Source: Selaginella moellendorffii
Lineage: Eukaryota > Plantae > Lycopodiophyta
Length of the DNA: 64,000 nucleotides
Assembly: GCF_000143415.4 (NCBI RefSeq)
Contig: NW_003314364.1
Coordinates: forward strand, 531,857 to 595,856
Direction of reading: 5' to 3'
The notes under the pieces were generated by a model. That model made no database searches. It had not been told where the DNA came from and saw nothing but the letters and a program-made list of their open reading frames with translations. Each line of letters begins with the position of its first letter. Position 1 is the stretch's first letter. The position numbers and the translations under genes were made by a program. Shown piece by piece: positions 13,524 through 27,103 of this stretch.

Positions 13524-14200
13524 ACTGGAGCTTTTATATTTAAGTTTTATGGAGCTGAAGGGAGATTTGAGAAAGGTTGAGAAAGATTTTAGAAAAAACC
13601 AGTTTACAATTTCCTCTAGAGAAGTTTTTATCCCTGTTGGATCTTACACGGAAATGTCACCCAACAAATTTGCTAGCTTTAAAGGCAAAAGAAGAGCAGT
13701 GGAGCTCATATATTCTGGAAGTGTTTTGGAAAATGCTTGCTTAAAAAAAACACTTTCAACAGTCACTAACTCTGGTCCAAAGGTTTTTGCTGCTGCTCCA
13801 AAACTAAAGTTTTAAATGAAGATAAAAAAAAACTCCTTTGAGCTCCTTTGATCATCTATCACAAACCTAGACACAATATATATTGCTTTACATAACCTTC
13901 TTGGCCAGATTTTAAATTATCTGGATTATGAAGGAAAAACTAGTTAAAGCTAGCTAGCTAGCCAGCGAAAAAATGCTCCTCCCAAGAGCAGAAGACTGAC
14001 ATACCTCCGTGAAGTGCAGCAAGCTACATTTCAAGAACTTCAAAGAAATTAAGCTGCAATACAAACACCACATGAATTCTGCTCCACAAGTGCTTGGCAG
14101 ATCCATGTTTATGTCTTGGTGCCATGAACAGTGCTGGGAATTTGGACGAGATCAGACAGATAGTGCTGAATATTTGTGAATCTTGGATGTAACCACCTCA

Positions 14201-14473
14201 AGATAGTGACAGTGAAAAGCCTATAGACCTCGCGGCTGTCCGATTGCAGGCCCTGGGGAGGCTCGGTGGTCATTGTTGTGTTGATGTCAATGTTGGCAAA
14301 CATGGGGACAAGCTGGCTGGGACAATTCCCAGTTTTGTAGATAGTGACAGTGAAAAGCCTATAGACCTCGCGGCTGTCCGATTGCAGGCCCTGGGGAGGC
14401 TCAGTGGTCATTGTTGTGTTGATGTCAATGTTGGCAAACATGGGGACAAGCTGGCTGGGACAATTCCCAGTTT
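14201..14473. repeat. Tandem duplication, 2 copies of about 135 bp (period 138)
   Basis: AGATAGTGACAGTGAAAAGCC...GGGACAATTCCCAGTTT at 14201 and 14339, nearly identical. Confidence 0.9.
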
Positions 14474-15384
14474 CGTAGCTGAGATCCCTGGAGCAATCTC
14501 TCAAGTGCCTCGAGCTTGCAACAAGGCCAGCAGCAGCAGCTGCAGTATCCAATTTGGCCACAAGAACCAGGGGTCACGGTTCTAAAACGGGTGTAAGACC
14601 GAGCGAGGCACGCTGGGAGATGCCGTGTATCAAGCCCACCTTGTATTGATCTCCAAGCCTCACAATAGCTCCAGAATCCTCTCTCCCCCATGAAACCCTT
14701 CTTGTTCTTGCACTCCTGCATTGTTACAAAGGCCCGTTCTGCTGGCTTGCCAAGCTGGAAGAGCCTGCGCCCTTCCTCCCATGACTCGTCAACAGCTCCA
14801 CCACCGTGAGCCACAAAAAACTCACCTTCTAGTGCCATGCATAGTGGCTTTACCTTTTCGCGGCCAAACACCCTGTTATTTTGAGCTGCACAGTCAAAGT
14901 TGTCGAGATAAAGGTCGAAATATTTGCCCATCCTGTATATAGGGTATTTGAGATGAGATGCCGAGGAGATCTCTGGGCGGAAGAGCTTCCTCTTGCTTTG
15001 GATGCAAGGGAGCTGGCTGCTTTCCCAGCTTACATGCCACTGTGGGATCCTTGAGGCGAGCTTCTCATCACCAGTACTGTCAAGAGCTGGGTTGCCATTC
15101 TCAGCTTCCCATTGCTCTGAGGCTTCCCCCCTTTCCCAGTGAAAGAGGGGCATTTGCAGAAGTCCTTCCTTGAGACATCTTGCCTGAAAAGAACAGTGTG
15201 GTAGCCTGCAAGCTCACATACGTTAAGCACGTTCCTGGTTAACCAGGAAAAGAAAAACAAAAGCAGAAAGAGACAAGAGCATGCTTTCACACTAGGACTG
15301 GTCCTCGTTTGCCAGTTCTCATGGTGATTCCTGGGCATTACCTTGACTGTTACCTTCTACACATGCTTACCCGTCTAGGCACCA

Positions 15385-15552
15385 TGCCCTGTGACCATTC
15401 TTATACTTGGTCACAAGATTCAAGGGATGTTATCCCAGTACCTTTCTCATACTTGGTCACTAATTTAGGGGATGCTATCCCCATGACCATTCTCATTCTT
15501 GGTCACAAGATCCAAGGATGCTACCCCGGTGACCGTTCTCATACTTGGTCAT
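15385..15552. repeat. Minisatellite of about 46 bp (4 units), each with a GTGACC...GGTCAC hairpin
   Basis: Units similar to GATGCTATCCCCATGACCATTCTCATACTTGGTCACAAGATCCAAG. Confidence 0.75.
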
Positions 15553-16439
15553 CAAAGCTTGACTCAACAAGCAGCTCATGACTAGTGCCCGGCTCATGTA
15601 AGATGAGTTGTTCCTCATCTCCACCATAAAACGGGTGTAAGCCCGAGCCAGGCACGCTGGGAGATGCCGTGTATCCCAAAGACAAACCCCACCTTGTATT
15701 GATCTCCTAACCTCATGCTAGCTCCAGATTCCTCTCTCCCCCATGACTCTCAACCATATTCCACAATAGAGAAGGTAGTTTCTAGCAGTCGAAATAAACT
15801 ACGGACCTATTCCATTGGGTTTAAAACAATGCCACGTCGTGGAACTATCTTGACTTCTAAGGAACTACATAAAACTAGGGCTTACAACTGGAGAGACCAA
15901 GCAGAGTTGGATCAACAGAAGAAGAAAAGAAAGAGTTATTTCAAATCAAAGCTTGTTTTAACAAGAGTGTCAAAAGATTTTTGCATCACCTTCTTGATCT
16001 CTATTGAATGATCTAAGTGGTCAATCACCTTTTCACCCATAGCCTTCACAATCTCAACCAATCTTGATCTTCTTTCTTGATCCTTTTGTGACGAGTACTC
16101 CCCGATGCATTACTAGCCCTTGTTGGCGCAAAAAAAAAATTGTATTTTTAGGGCACTCTTTGGGGCAAAGCTCACGACAAGTAAAGGGAGAGAGGATCCT
16201 AATCAATGTATTAGTCCCTAAGGGACATTGAGAATGTACATATAAGCTACATAATCTACCTAATGGCCAGGTATGTCTCCACAGCTCTGTTTTCCATTCT
16301 CCTTTCAATCGATATTCCATTCCAAATGCATCCTTCCATGTTTTCTCAAGTGCCACAACCCTTTTTCTCATCAAAGAATGCCTTGGCCTTATGTGCCTCC
16401 TCAAGCTCCACTTTTACCAACAAAACTGCCCCTCTTGAG

Positions 16440-16975
16440 CTTGAGAAGAGTGTAGAGAAGAAACCAGGAAAGAAGAAGAAAATCAAGAGTCTTGAGGCAA
16501 AAGAAGAAAAGGGAGAGAAAGAAGAGAGGGGGAAGTGGGCAAAGTGGAAGGATAATTGGCTGATTTACATCAACCTTGAGTTTAGGATGTGTCTAAAACA
16601 GGGAGTTGATCTTTGGGCAGAAGTTCTTGCAAGCCTTGTAGCTGTGTGTCCAGATTTTGACAATGATGCTGCTGCTTGTAGAAACAAGTGGAAGATGATT
16701 TGGACTATAAAGCTCACAACAATATCTCTAGAAATGACAGTTAGTATTCTTGTTTCTTTTTAGTTTTGTTGAGAAGTACTCATCTATAGCTTCATACCAC
16801 TTGCATTCTCAGACCTGTAAACAAAAAACACCATGGAAAAAACTACAAGTCCAGAAAGCAACACATGGAGGATCAAGAGGTGATGTCATTGTTGAGGGAG
16901 TTGACCATGAGCTAACATCTCCATTCTCTAGCAAGCTTCAGGAAGAGATTGACAAACAGCCAGTTGCTGAAGGAG
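16440..16975 (+). pseudogene. Myb/SANT (trihelix-like) DNA-binding remnant, probably a PIF/Harbinger accessory ORF
   Basis: RGKWAKWKDNW...DLWAEV...AACRNKWKMI tryptophan spacing; frame is broken downstream. Confidence 0.5.
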
Positions 16976-16978
16976 TTC

Positions 16979-17316
16979 CTGGGTTCCATGCGTCCCCCTA
17001 GGAGAAGTCTTTCAAGGGGGGAAACTTTTAACCCCTTGTTCCATGCACTGGCAGTGGAATTGGGGGAAAGGGGGAACTGGTGTCCCGCCCCCCCCGCCCA
17101 AAAAAATTTCTGCCTGGAACCCAGTAGAACAAGTCAATAAAATGTGTAAAAATAGTAATCATTACTTAAAAAGACAAAGAATTTAGCCGAGTTGGCAAAA
17201 ACTATATTAATGATGTGGCATTTTTAAGGGTGGGTTATATATAACTGTAAATTTTAGAGGGGGAGTTTTTTTTTGGGGGTGGAGAAATTTCCAGGTGGGG
17301 GACACATGGAACCCTG
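16979..17316. mobile_element. MITE with 20-bp hAT-like TIRs
   Basis: CTGGGTTCCATGCGTCCCCC at the left end versus the reverse complement of the right end CAGGGTTCCATGTGTCCCCC (18/20). No TSD is recognisable. Confidence 0.6.
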
Positions 17317-18532
17317 CCAGCAAGCACGTTCTGGAGGGAACAAGTGAGCCTGTGCCTGGGGAATGGCCTTAATAGGCTGTGGTGAGAATGTTAACAAACA
17401 TATAGAATAACATTATTTGAGGATGAGAGGTTCTCCAGAACCTGGCAGGTGGCAGCCAGGTTCTGGAGAACCTAGCAGTTGTCAGCCACGTTCTCACAGA
17501 GAACTTGACTCAATCTGACGGCTGGATCGAGTTAATGGGCAAGCCACAGTCCATTAAGGGACCATCAAAGATGACAAAAAAGGAAATACAAGTTGTGTAT
17601 CAACTTTTGATGACTCATAACATAAGATGACTCTACACTTTAATTGGTGGTTAGTTTAATAACCTTCACAAGATATTACATTTCCTCAACTTTGATTGGC
17701 TAGGACCAAATAACATAGCTTCATGTTTTGACAGCCAATTCAATGCCGGCACAAAAGCTGGAGCAAGAGAAGATACAAAGTTGGCACGTGTCCAGGTAAG
17801 TCATGCTAGGGTTTATCATTGAGTGTTTGGTGAGGTGCAATGCAAGAGGTTTTTGCGTTTCACTGGATCCCACAAATTTTTTCCCAACACAAGGGCTGGG
17901 TAAAAGAAGATATGTATATAGGTATGATGCTAGTTCGTCCTGAGCCTCTTAGGATGACCAGGAAAATCAATTCCAGTACATAAACACCCATGAAATTGAT
18001 GAGCATGAGATAGTTTTGGAAGCTCTAATAGCTCTAATTTGTCATGTCGTCCACAGTGTTTCAAACAGAAAGATTATAAGTGGGAATTTGAGGGATCTTA
18101 GCTCTTGTTAAAGGAACTGGTGTTGGTGGTGCAAGGTGTTGCCAACCGCCCAGCATTGGCTGGGCAATTACAAGTATATTCATAATAAGTTTGAATAATA
18201 TTACTGAAGGAATAAAGCTTTAAAAAGAATTCAAGGTCTCCATCTTAATTATCAGCACAGCAAGGAAAAGGGATCTGATTAATCTACATACTATTTTTTT
18301 TTCTCTTCCTCTTCTCCATGGACAAACCTAACAAAGTAGGTGCTTTTGGGAAAAGTGTAGAATAGGGACATGATCTGTCAGGGAGAAGTTTAGTAATTGG
18401 CAAGCCTTATGAAAAAGTAATAGGCTCTTCCACACTTTTTCTGCTATCTTTTCCACCATAAAATTCAGTTGCCACGTCTTCGTTTCAAAGCGTGACACGT
18501 CTTGGAGCCCCCAAGGGTTTTCTAGCATCGTC

Positions 18533-20697
18533 ATGGAGCTTAAAACTTTGATGTCGGTGGTCTTACTGCTACTAGCAATGATCCGAATAGCAGTTTCTTG
18601 GGCTGATAAAAACAGCCTACAAGATGCAATGGCGCTTATGGAATTTAAGTCGACTGTCTGGTACGATCCACTAAATACTTTCGCGACATGGCAGGCCACT
18701 GGGGTACTAGGCGAGCACCCATGTAACTTTAAGGGCGTCGAATGTGATATGCGTCGCATGAGGATAAAGTATGTAGATATCTCGGGATGCCAGCTGCGAG
18801 GGATTGTTCCTTCAGTACTCGGTAACATAACGCTGGCTTGGGGATTTAACCTTAGTCACAATGAGTTTATTGGGACAATTCCTAGAGGCTTTGGAAGGAT
18901 GCCAAATCTTAAATATCTCGACCTGAGCAACAACTTTCTCACGGGTAAGTTTACTGTTTTATTTATTTATTTATTTATTTGTTGTATTTTCGTTATTGTT
19001 TTAAGTTCATTATTAAGTAGTTTCTACGTTGGATCTGCAATTGTGCTTTTTCTCGTCTTTCAGTCTACTTCTTGCAATAGCTTCTTGTTGTTGTTGTTGT
19101 TTCAGGGTTTATGCCAACCGATCTTGCCAAGCTGCAGTTTTTAAACTTCTACAGCCTCGCAAATAATCAGCTTACGGGCTTCCTTGGCTTCCTCAACATG
19201 TCGAGTCTTAGACGTCTCGATCTGTCTAACAACAGTTTTAGGGGACCCGTTCCAGAAAGTTATGGTACATTACTGCCTAACCTCACCCAATTAGATTTGT
19301 CAAGGAATAAGCTCACCGGTCCGATACCCAAATCACTTGGATATTTAGATGACCTTCGCAGGCTTGACCTCTCTCGCAACTTGCTTACCGGCAACATTCC
19401 TTACTCGCTCGCTATGGCAACAGGACTTAATATGCTCAGACTAAAGTATAACTTTCTTACAGGGAGAGTTCCAGACACTGACACCATGCGCTTGTTTGCA
19501 AAAGCCTTTTTCCCTGGAAATGATGGACTCTGTGGACCAGTGGTAGAAAGAGCATGTCCAAGCTCGCAGGTCTGGAAGCAAGTCCTTATGGGACTGTTTC
19601 TTCCTCCACTAATACTTTCAGTCCTTACTGGAGTAGTGTATTTGGTGGCTCCTCCGGACGAGTTCTCACTTTCAACTATCAGGAGCGTTACAGATAACTT
19701 TAACAACAATAAGATTCTCGGTGATGGAGGTCTGTGCACGATTTACAAAGGCGTCTTTCTAAATGGTAAGACAGTAGCTGTAAAGCGGCTCCGGCCTGAG
19801 TATTACAATGACAACAACAAGATCTTCGACGAGGAACGTAGGTTTTTGAAAGCCGTGAATCATCCAAACATTGTCAAGTACCTTGGAGCGTGTTCCAGTC
19901 CAAAGCTTAAGGTCTTGGTCTACGAGCATATGGCCAATGGAACCTTGGATATGCACTTACACAAGGAAAGAGGAGGCCTGTCAAGCTTGTCATGGAGTTC
20001 ACGAATGAATATCGCTGCTGGAGTGGCACAGGGGTTGGCGTATTTGCATGGTGAGTGGAATGAGCCTCAAGCCATGCATTGTGATCTTAGAGGAAGGAGT
20101 GTTCTTCTCGATGATAAGTTCAATGCACACATTAGTGATATCCGTTCGAAAAACACAAGCCTAGCATTCACTAATCCAGAGAAAAGCATTGGAACATCAA
20201 CTGGCTATCTGCCTCCAGGTGGACACACTTTCATTTTCTCTTGTTTCTTTTTACTCCTTTTTTCTCATTTATGTATCACGGATGGAGCAGAGTATGCTAC
20301 AGACATTGAGCCTACTACCGAGGGAGAAGTTTTCAGCTTTGGTACTTTACTTATGGAGCTCTTGACAGGGACAGAACCAGCAGCTCCAGTAGAAAATGAT
20401 GTTGAAGGTGGCCTTCAAGGAATTATGGAACAAGCTTTCCCCGATAATCTCCAGTCTGTACTTGACCCAGCTATTATGGGTAGAGCCTCCTATGATCAAA
20501 TTGTCTTGTGTACAAAGATAGCTTTAGAGTGCACCAAGGCAAATCCCGAGGAAAGACCAAAGATGGAGGATGTTCTTAGGATGTTTGAGCAAGCGTACTC
20601 TGTCGGCCCAGCGTATGCTTCTGCTTTTACTATTTTTAGTAATATATGCTCTTCACATAATACAGACCTGCGCCTTCTACTGCTTCAACACTGCTGA
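18533..20697 (+). CDS. LRR receptor-like kinase, probable pseudokinase. Exons 18533-18944, 19106-20218, 20291-20697; the 3' end may be further spliced (20613-20665).
   Basis: Signal peptide, LRRNT (W...HPCNFKGVEC), LxxLDLSxNxLTGxIP repeats, GNDGLCG cap, TM helix and a kinase with VAVK and LVYE. GT-AG introns 18945-19105 and 20219-20290 restore LTG|FMP and GYLPP|EYA in frame. Confidence 0.9.
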
Positions 20698-22599
20698 AAT
20701 CGACAGAGACGTCGAGGCTACTTGGATGGCCAACTGTTTGGGGCAGTCTCACAAAAAATGTCCTTGGAATCAAATCATTTTTACATTCAGCCATTCATTG
20801 ATAGAATATTCAGATTTTTGGTATGCATCTCCTTCATAAACAGTCTAGGCAGAAGGCAACAGTTTTCTGCACCAGGGACTCCACAATGGCAATCACGGTA
20901 TTATTTTCCTAACATTTGTTAAATAGAATTACTTTGGGTTATAACCTGAAAAGTTCCATCTTTGAGCATGAGCTAGAGCGATGTGAATAGATCCAGAGGC
21001 ATTGAGTTCACACCACTCTAGCTCATGCCCAACCTTTTCACTTAGAGGCAGCAGGCAGCAAAGAAAGGAATCGACTCAAATCGTTTGTGGCCAGAATGAT
21101 GCCAGGTATATATTATTCTCACTGTGCTGCAATAGCATGTACTTGTTATGGTCAAACGCCCCAGGCTCTAACTAGGTTTATCTAGAGCAAAGATGTCAAG
21201 ACAAATGCCAAGTGGCAGCAGGCTGCTGATATGTAAACAAGAAAATGAAGGGAAACAAGGAAATGTACAAAGAGAAAATATAAAAAGAAATTGATGCAAA
21301 GAAAAATAAAGGAGAAAGTCGTCAGAACAACAGAGAACCAAACCTGAACTCTAGTCTCAGGAACTGTGGATCGTGTTATAGTACAGTCGCTAGTCCAACC
21401 TCAAGAATTTTGTCAAGAGGGGAAAAAGAGAAAGCCATTACCTTGTGGTGGAACAGCAGTGGATGGTGCAAATGGTAAAAAATGTTGCTAGTTGGTGGAA
21501 TGATGGATGAGGGGCTAGAGTGTGATTGTTTCCTTCCATTTTTCCTTCAAGAATGTGAAGATTAGTGTATGATTGTGATGTTATGGTGATGACTTGGCAT
21601 GTTGATAGTGTTGGCGACATTGTTCTTGTTGAGCTAGAAGAGTTTTGCTAAACGCTACCTTTTTGGGATACATTGCTGCATACTGGCTCTTCTTTCTTGT
21701 CCTGTCTTGTTGAAAATAGTGTTATGGTTTGGCACAGGCAGCAAACTGAAGGCCATTGGCGGTTGATGTAATAATGACTCACTATTGCCAACATTGCCAC
21801 AAACATACCCTTTCAGTTGTTTTCTATGAAATAAGTCTAAATTTAAATTGTCTAGAATGGTCTAGGTGGTCTAGAATTGGCTGCTCACAGGAAGCCGTTG
21901 CCAAACAGCAGATCAAGACACGTTTTTCTTTCTTTACCATTTGTATAACGCTTGCTATAAAAAAAGGAACACAATGCCTTTCGCTTGAACCTCAATGATA
22001 GTACAACTATACAATCTCTTTCATTGCCTTGAAAGGAGCTCTTGCTCAAAGCCTCCAGCAATTTATCCACTGCTCACGCTGTCTTTCTAGAAAGCTCCAG
22101 AGCTCATACAATATGCTAAAAATTATTGAGCTCCTAAAAATTGAAGAAAAATCAATGCCAGATTGCTGTACATTTTACTGGTCGAACGAAAACGTCAAGG
22201 CAATGGAAACATAATTCTGACACTTAGAAAATGTAATAACTTGAAGAAAGAAAAAGCATAGAATTCCGGCTTTAACAAAGGAAAGTGTGTGGGAAGAGGC
22301 TAGTTTCCTATATGTGCTTAATTTCCTATGTTAGTCCCTTGACGTTGTATTTGTGGCATGGTTGTGGCACATTACAGAGATTATTTAAGCTGTAGAAGTT
22401 CTGTAGCTAAATCTCTTTCATTTCCTCAAAGCAGACAAGACTCTGGTGAAATTCAAATGTCCATGGCCCTTGTGATCGCACTCTTTTGGATTCCCATGGT
22501 GAATTAATGTTGCTGCTTGATGAGGTTACCAGTGTGCTGGATGCAGCTGAACACTCCCGCTCTGGACTTGAACGATCTACTGGTTGCAAACGAAGCTCA

Positions 22600-24205
22600 A
22601 TACCTAAGGGATCAAAACCCAACCTCCATATATGCATCTACAAACAGCATCACCCAAGATACTTAGTGTGACTCCCCACTCTAGTGCACCAATTTATATT
22701 TAAAGCACGCTACGGATCATAGCTTAGAAATATAGTTCCTCCAAATTGCCAAGTCCTTTCACTTGACAAGTCTTTAATCATGTATGGACTCCTCCATGCT
22801 TGGCCCCATAGGCCACCTCTTTTTTGAAGTCAACATCTTCGAGTCCCAACCTTCTAGTGCTTGGGTTCGAATCCCAACTCACTAGGGCATGGTGATGGTT
22901 TGGAATATGGGGACACTCATTTTTCAGTGGTCATGGACTCTTAGTGAGGAGACTGACTTGGGCACACCGCCAAGTGGGGGATGCCCTAGAGTCATGATGC
23001 ATAGTTAAATTGCTTAGTATGAAAGCTTAACATATCTAATTTAAACACTTTGGTGTAAGTGGCACTAAGGGCGTGATGAATGAAATGCAGACACATAGTC
23101 TTAGTTGCTATAGACCCTTGGCCGGAAGGGCTAGTTTAGGCATACCGCCAAGTGTGGGGGATGCCCCTAGGGTCATGGTCAACAAATTAAAGGTCTAGAA
23201 GACCTAATACCTATTGGCAATCCTGTTAAAGTATAGATGTTAGATCACTATGTAATCTTATGCTTAAAACAAAGACAAAGTCTTTATGAGGTTAAGGAAT
23301 AAAGTTCCTAGTTCAAAATGTTGATTTGAACTATTGGTAATTGTGTGGCTTGGTCAAAGTGATCAAGTGGGAAGGACACATAAAGGAAATGAACTGTGAC
23401 AATACAATGGTATTGTGAGTTTAAGAAAATAGTCTCCAAGGAAGGACCCATGGGTGGGTCGCAAGGTTGGGCTATGGATAGAGCCCAAAGCACAAAAAAC
23501 ATTGGGGAGACTTACTAGGAGTGAACACCCCTTAGACTTGGCAAAGCAGAGCATTTGCTATGGAACCAAAAAGATACTTTAAGGATGGAAGTAATGATAC
23601 TATGTTACTTAGTACAACAATCAAAGGATAGAAGCAAAAGACTGATGGCCAAATTTAGGCCATGGAAATCATTGGAAGAAATCCAAGCAACATAGTTGAG
23701 CAAGGAACATTTATGTGTTGGATGCTAATAGATAATGGGAAAGAGAATATGTTTTCAAGAATGGATTCCCAAATGCTCCATTTTGGCAAAGGTGAAAGAT
23801 CCAAGGGAGGGAACAGCAAGGTAACCAAATGATAGGGTTGTGGATAGCCCTAGCACAAATTATGAAAAAATGAAACTTAGCATCTAGAGTGGCATGAAAT
23901 AGGAAAGAGGATGATGGTGCCCTCAAATAAAGAACTTCTTAGGATGGGGGAGTGGAGTTTACATAACATATGCAATGCAAGGTGTCAGAGACACTTAGGA
24001 AATTGACTTTGAAAAATCAAAATTAAAAGTTCTAAAGTGCGATAGTTATGCTGGTGGAGACCGAGGCTACTCCTAAATGAGTAGTCAAATTGAAATAAAG
24101 AAGGTGTCTCTAACAAGTTTAGTATAAACTAAATGAGCAAAAGGGGAAGGACCACCATAAGTGGTCTAATTAGCCTCTAAGTTAGAGGAACTATGCTCCT
24201 TAGAT
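22600..24205 (+). mobile_element. Family A internal-region fragment; the first 230 bp or so are inverted
   Basis: 22838-24205 parallels about 41344-42690; 22605-22835 is the reverse complement of about 41125-41360. Confidence 0.75.
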
Positions 24206-27103
24206 CTTGTAAATCTGGTTCCCACCTAAGTTTCAAGCAGCACTTGCATAAACAGCAAGCAAGCACACTTGTAAAATCCATGACAGCAATGATCTAAACA
24301 AATGTAGTATTGTTACCTTGATTGAATCTCTGTGGGGTGCTAAAACTTATAATCTCCCAAGAATTACAGCATACTAGAGGTGTTCATTCCTATCTAAGTT
24401 TAAATGAGATAATTTAAATGTGCCAAAAGAATGGTAGAATCAGGGGGGAGTGCATTTAAAGAAAAATGTTTTAGTGTGAGAAAACAACCAAATGAAAAAG
24501 AAATCATATATGAATGGAAATTGTAGTCTTTTTTTCTTTAAATTTTTTTACTAGTCAGTTTTATATTTTTTTTAAGCCAATCTTGAATAGGACAGGGCAC
24601 TTAATAGCCACAAATAACAATGAATACTTTGATCATAAGAATGATACATCTTACATATCTTTCCTTCCAGCACTAATGAGACTTCCTTTACTACATTGTG
24701 GTGTTATCGCATATGTGTGACAACTTATCAACTCATTAGATTTGGATTTAAGCAGAATTTTATGCCCATAAAATGGTAAATGACTTAATTCACTTACTAA
24801 ACAAGTTATGAGTTTTTTTTGTTAACTTTTCTGGAAAAAATGAAAAAAAGTGGAAAAAAAATGCCATACTTAGCCAATATACCAAGCGACTCACTATGCT
24901 CAATCTTTCTGTTAGGCGCTAGCTTTGACCACGTGGTCAACATTGGTCAAAGGAAGGCTCAAGGGTATATTAAGGCATGTGAGGGTAAGGGACTTAACCT
25001 ACCATAGGGCTTACAATGGAGTAGCAATACAGTGGAGCTTTTGAGGTACCTCGGGGGTGGTTGGGTGGTGAGGAACCTCAAGAGGTGGTGTAGCATAGTC
25101 TAGGCCAACTAAATCTCTGTCTTTTTGCACTAGATCATAATATTAGGATCAGAGAAGTTAGTTGTGATGGCTGACTAAGCTGAATGCTGGAATCCTATTG
25201 TTGATAGTGGTGCCGATGATAGTGCCAACGGAGCTGCAGAGATTTGGACCATTCAGGATGTGGTTCATGTGCTGCAAGCCATTAATCGAAATCAGCAAGA
25301 GATGCAAGATGAGATGCATGGCATGATGGATACCATGCGTGGGTGTGTTGAGGCACTCGAGGCTAGACATGGTAGCACTCCAAGTAAGCCTTCCTTGGTA
25401 GATCGACTCAAGATTCTAACCTTTTCCAGTGATGGTGGTGTGGATGAGTGTCTCACTTGGCTAGCCAATGTGAAGAAGTTCTTGGCTGCTAGGGGAACTC
25501 TAGATGCAAAGGATTTAGTGGCTATTCCAATGGTTTTGCGTGATGCGGGTCTGCAATGGTGGAATTAGCTTGAGGAGTCTCGTGTTGCAAATAAGAAACC
25601 ACCAATGTCTACCATGGATGAGATTGAGGCTGCTTTCCATTTATGTTTTGCCCCTCACTACAATGTGGAAAATGCTCGTACAGAACTTCGACATTTTTAG
25701 CAAGGGAAAATGATGCTTGAAGACTATATTGAGAAGCTTACTTGCTTGATTAGCCGTGTTCCAGCGAAAGATCTAGATCAGAATAAGTCCTACTTCATTT
25801 ATAGCCTTCATAGTGAGAGAATGTGGCAACACTTGCGTCATTCTCAGCCTACAAAGAGTTCGGAGGAGCTCTTTGATGCGGCTCGTCGACTTGAAAATGA
25901 CAAGCATAAGTCTCGCAAGTGTTCATAGAGTCCTTCTGTTGAGAATCGTTGTGATGATCACCGTGGACACAAGGATGGAAACAAGCATCACAAGTTGAAG
26001 TCAGTGGTGACTACTTCAGATGCAAAGGTGTCCAAAAAGTAGAAGTTCTTTGTGAAGAATTATAGATAGGGTTGTCATCATTGCGACAAGCTTGGACACT
26101 ATAAAGCTGATTGTCCACAGTTGAAGAACAAGCAGCAGAGCAAGAAGAATGGCCAATCTTCTATTGACGGTAAGTTAGATATTAAAAAGTTGCAAACTTT
26201 GCAGCATGAGGATGATGGGGATGACCATTCTGGTCAGAGGAAGAGGCTTTTGATCATTGCTCGTCAACTCAACTGTGTGTGGAATAAGATGGAGCTCGAG
26301 AATACTCGTGAATCAGCTTTAATGCTGGAGGGCGTGTTCCATGGCGGTCTAGTGTAGATTTTATTGGATAGTGGGAGTGATGACAACTTTGTTTCAGCAA
26401 AGTTTGTTGTGGAGCATGGCCTGGTCATATGTGGAGTTCCTGGTGGAAGGTGCAGCTACCTTTGCTCAGCATTTTAATACTTGTGTAGAGGGACTGGAAG
26501 TGTTGGTTGGCAAAACCACATTTGTGGAGACTTTTTATCTCGCGGATATTCATCATGTGGATCTCATTTTTGGGATGCCATGGTTGGTGAAAGTGGATCT
26601 AGAGATAAAGTGGAGTATTAAGCATGTCTCGCTGGAGTATGGTGGCATTAAAGATGTGTGGTTTGGAGAAGGAGTTCAACCTCCAGTTGTTATGCTCTCC
26701 GCTACATTTTTGAAGCAGGTTTGTCGTAATGGAAAAGCACTTTCGAGTTATTTGCTATTTGTTTGTGACTTGGGGGACCAAGGCATGTGTGGGGGAGAAG
26801 CAACATTATAGGATGTACTTGATGAGTTTTTTGATGTTTTTCCATTTGAACTTCTTCATAGGTTGCCTCCATTACGAGGTGTGGAGCATGGGATTATATT
26901 GGAGCCAGGGACACGGTCAATTTACCAGTGTCCATTTCAGTTAAGTTATGTGGAGGAGCAAGAAGTTAAACGACAAGTCAAGGAGTTATTTGAGTTTGGA
27001 TTTATTCAGCCAAGTAAGTCTCCGTTTGGTGCTCCGGTCTTGCTTGTGAAGAAGAAAGATGATTCAATGTGGATGTGTATTGATTACCATGCCTTGAACA
27101 AGA

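Noticed and set aside
13527-13836. Possible MITE with GGAG...CTCC ends
   Set aside because: The inverted match is weak and gapped, and there is no convincing TSD.
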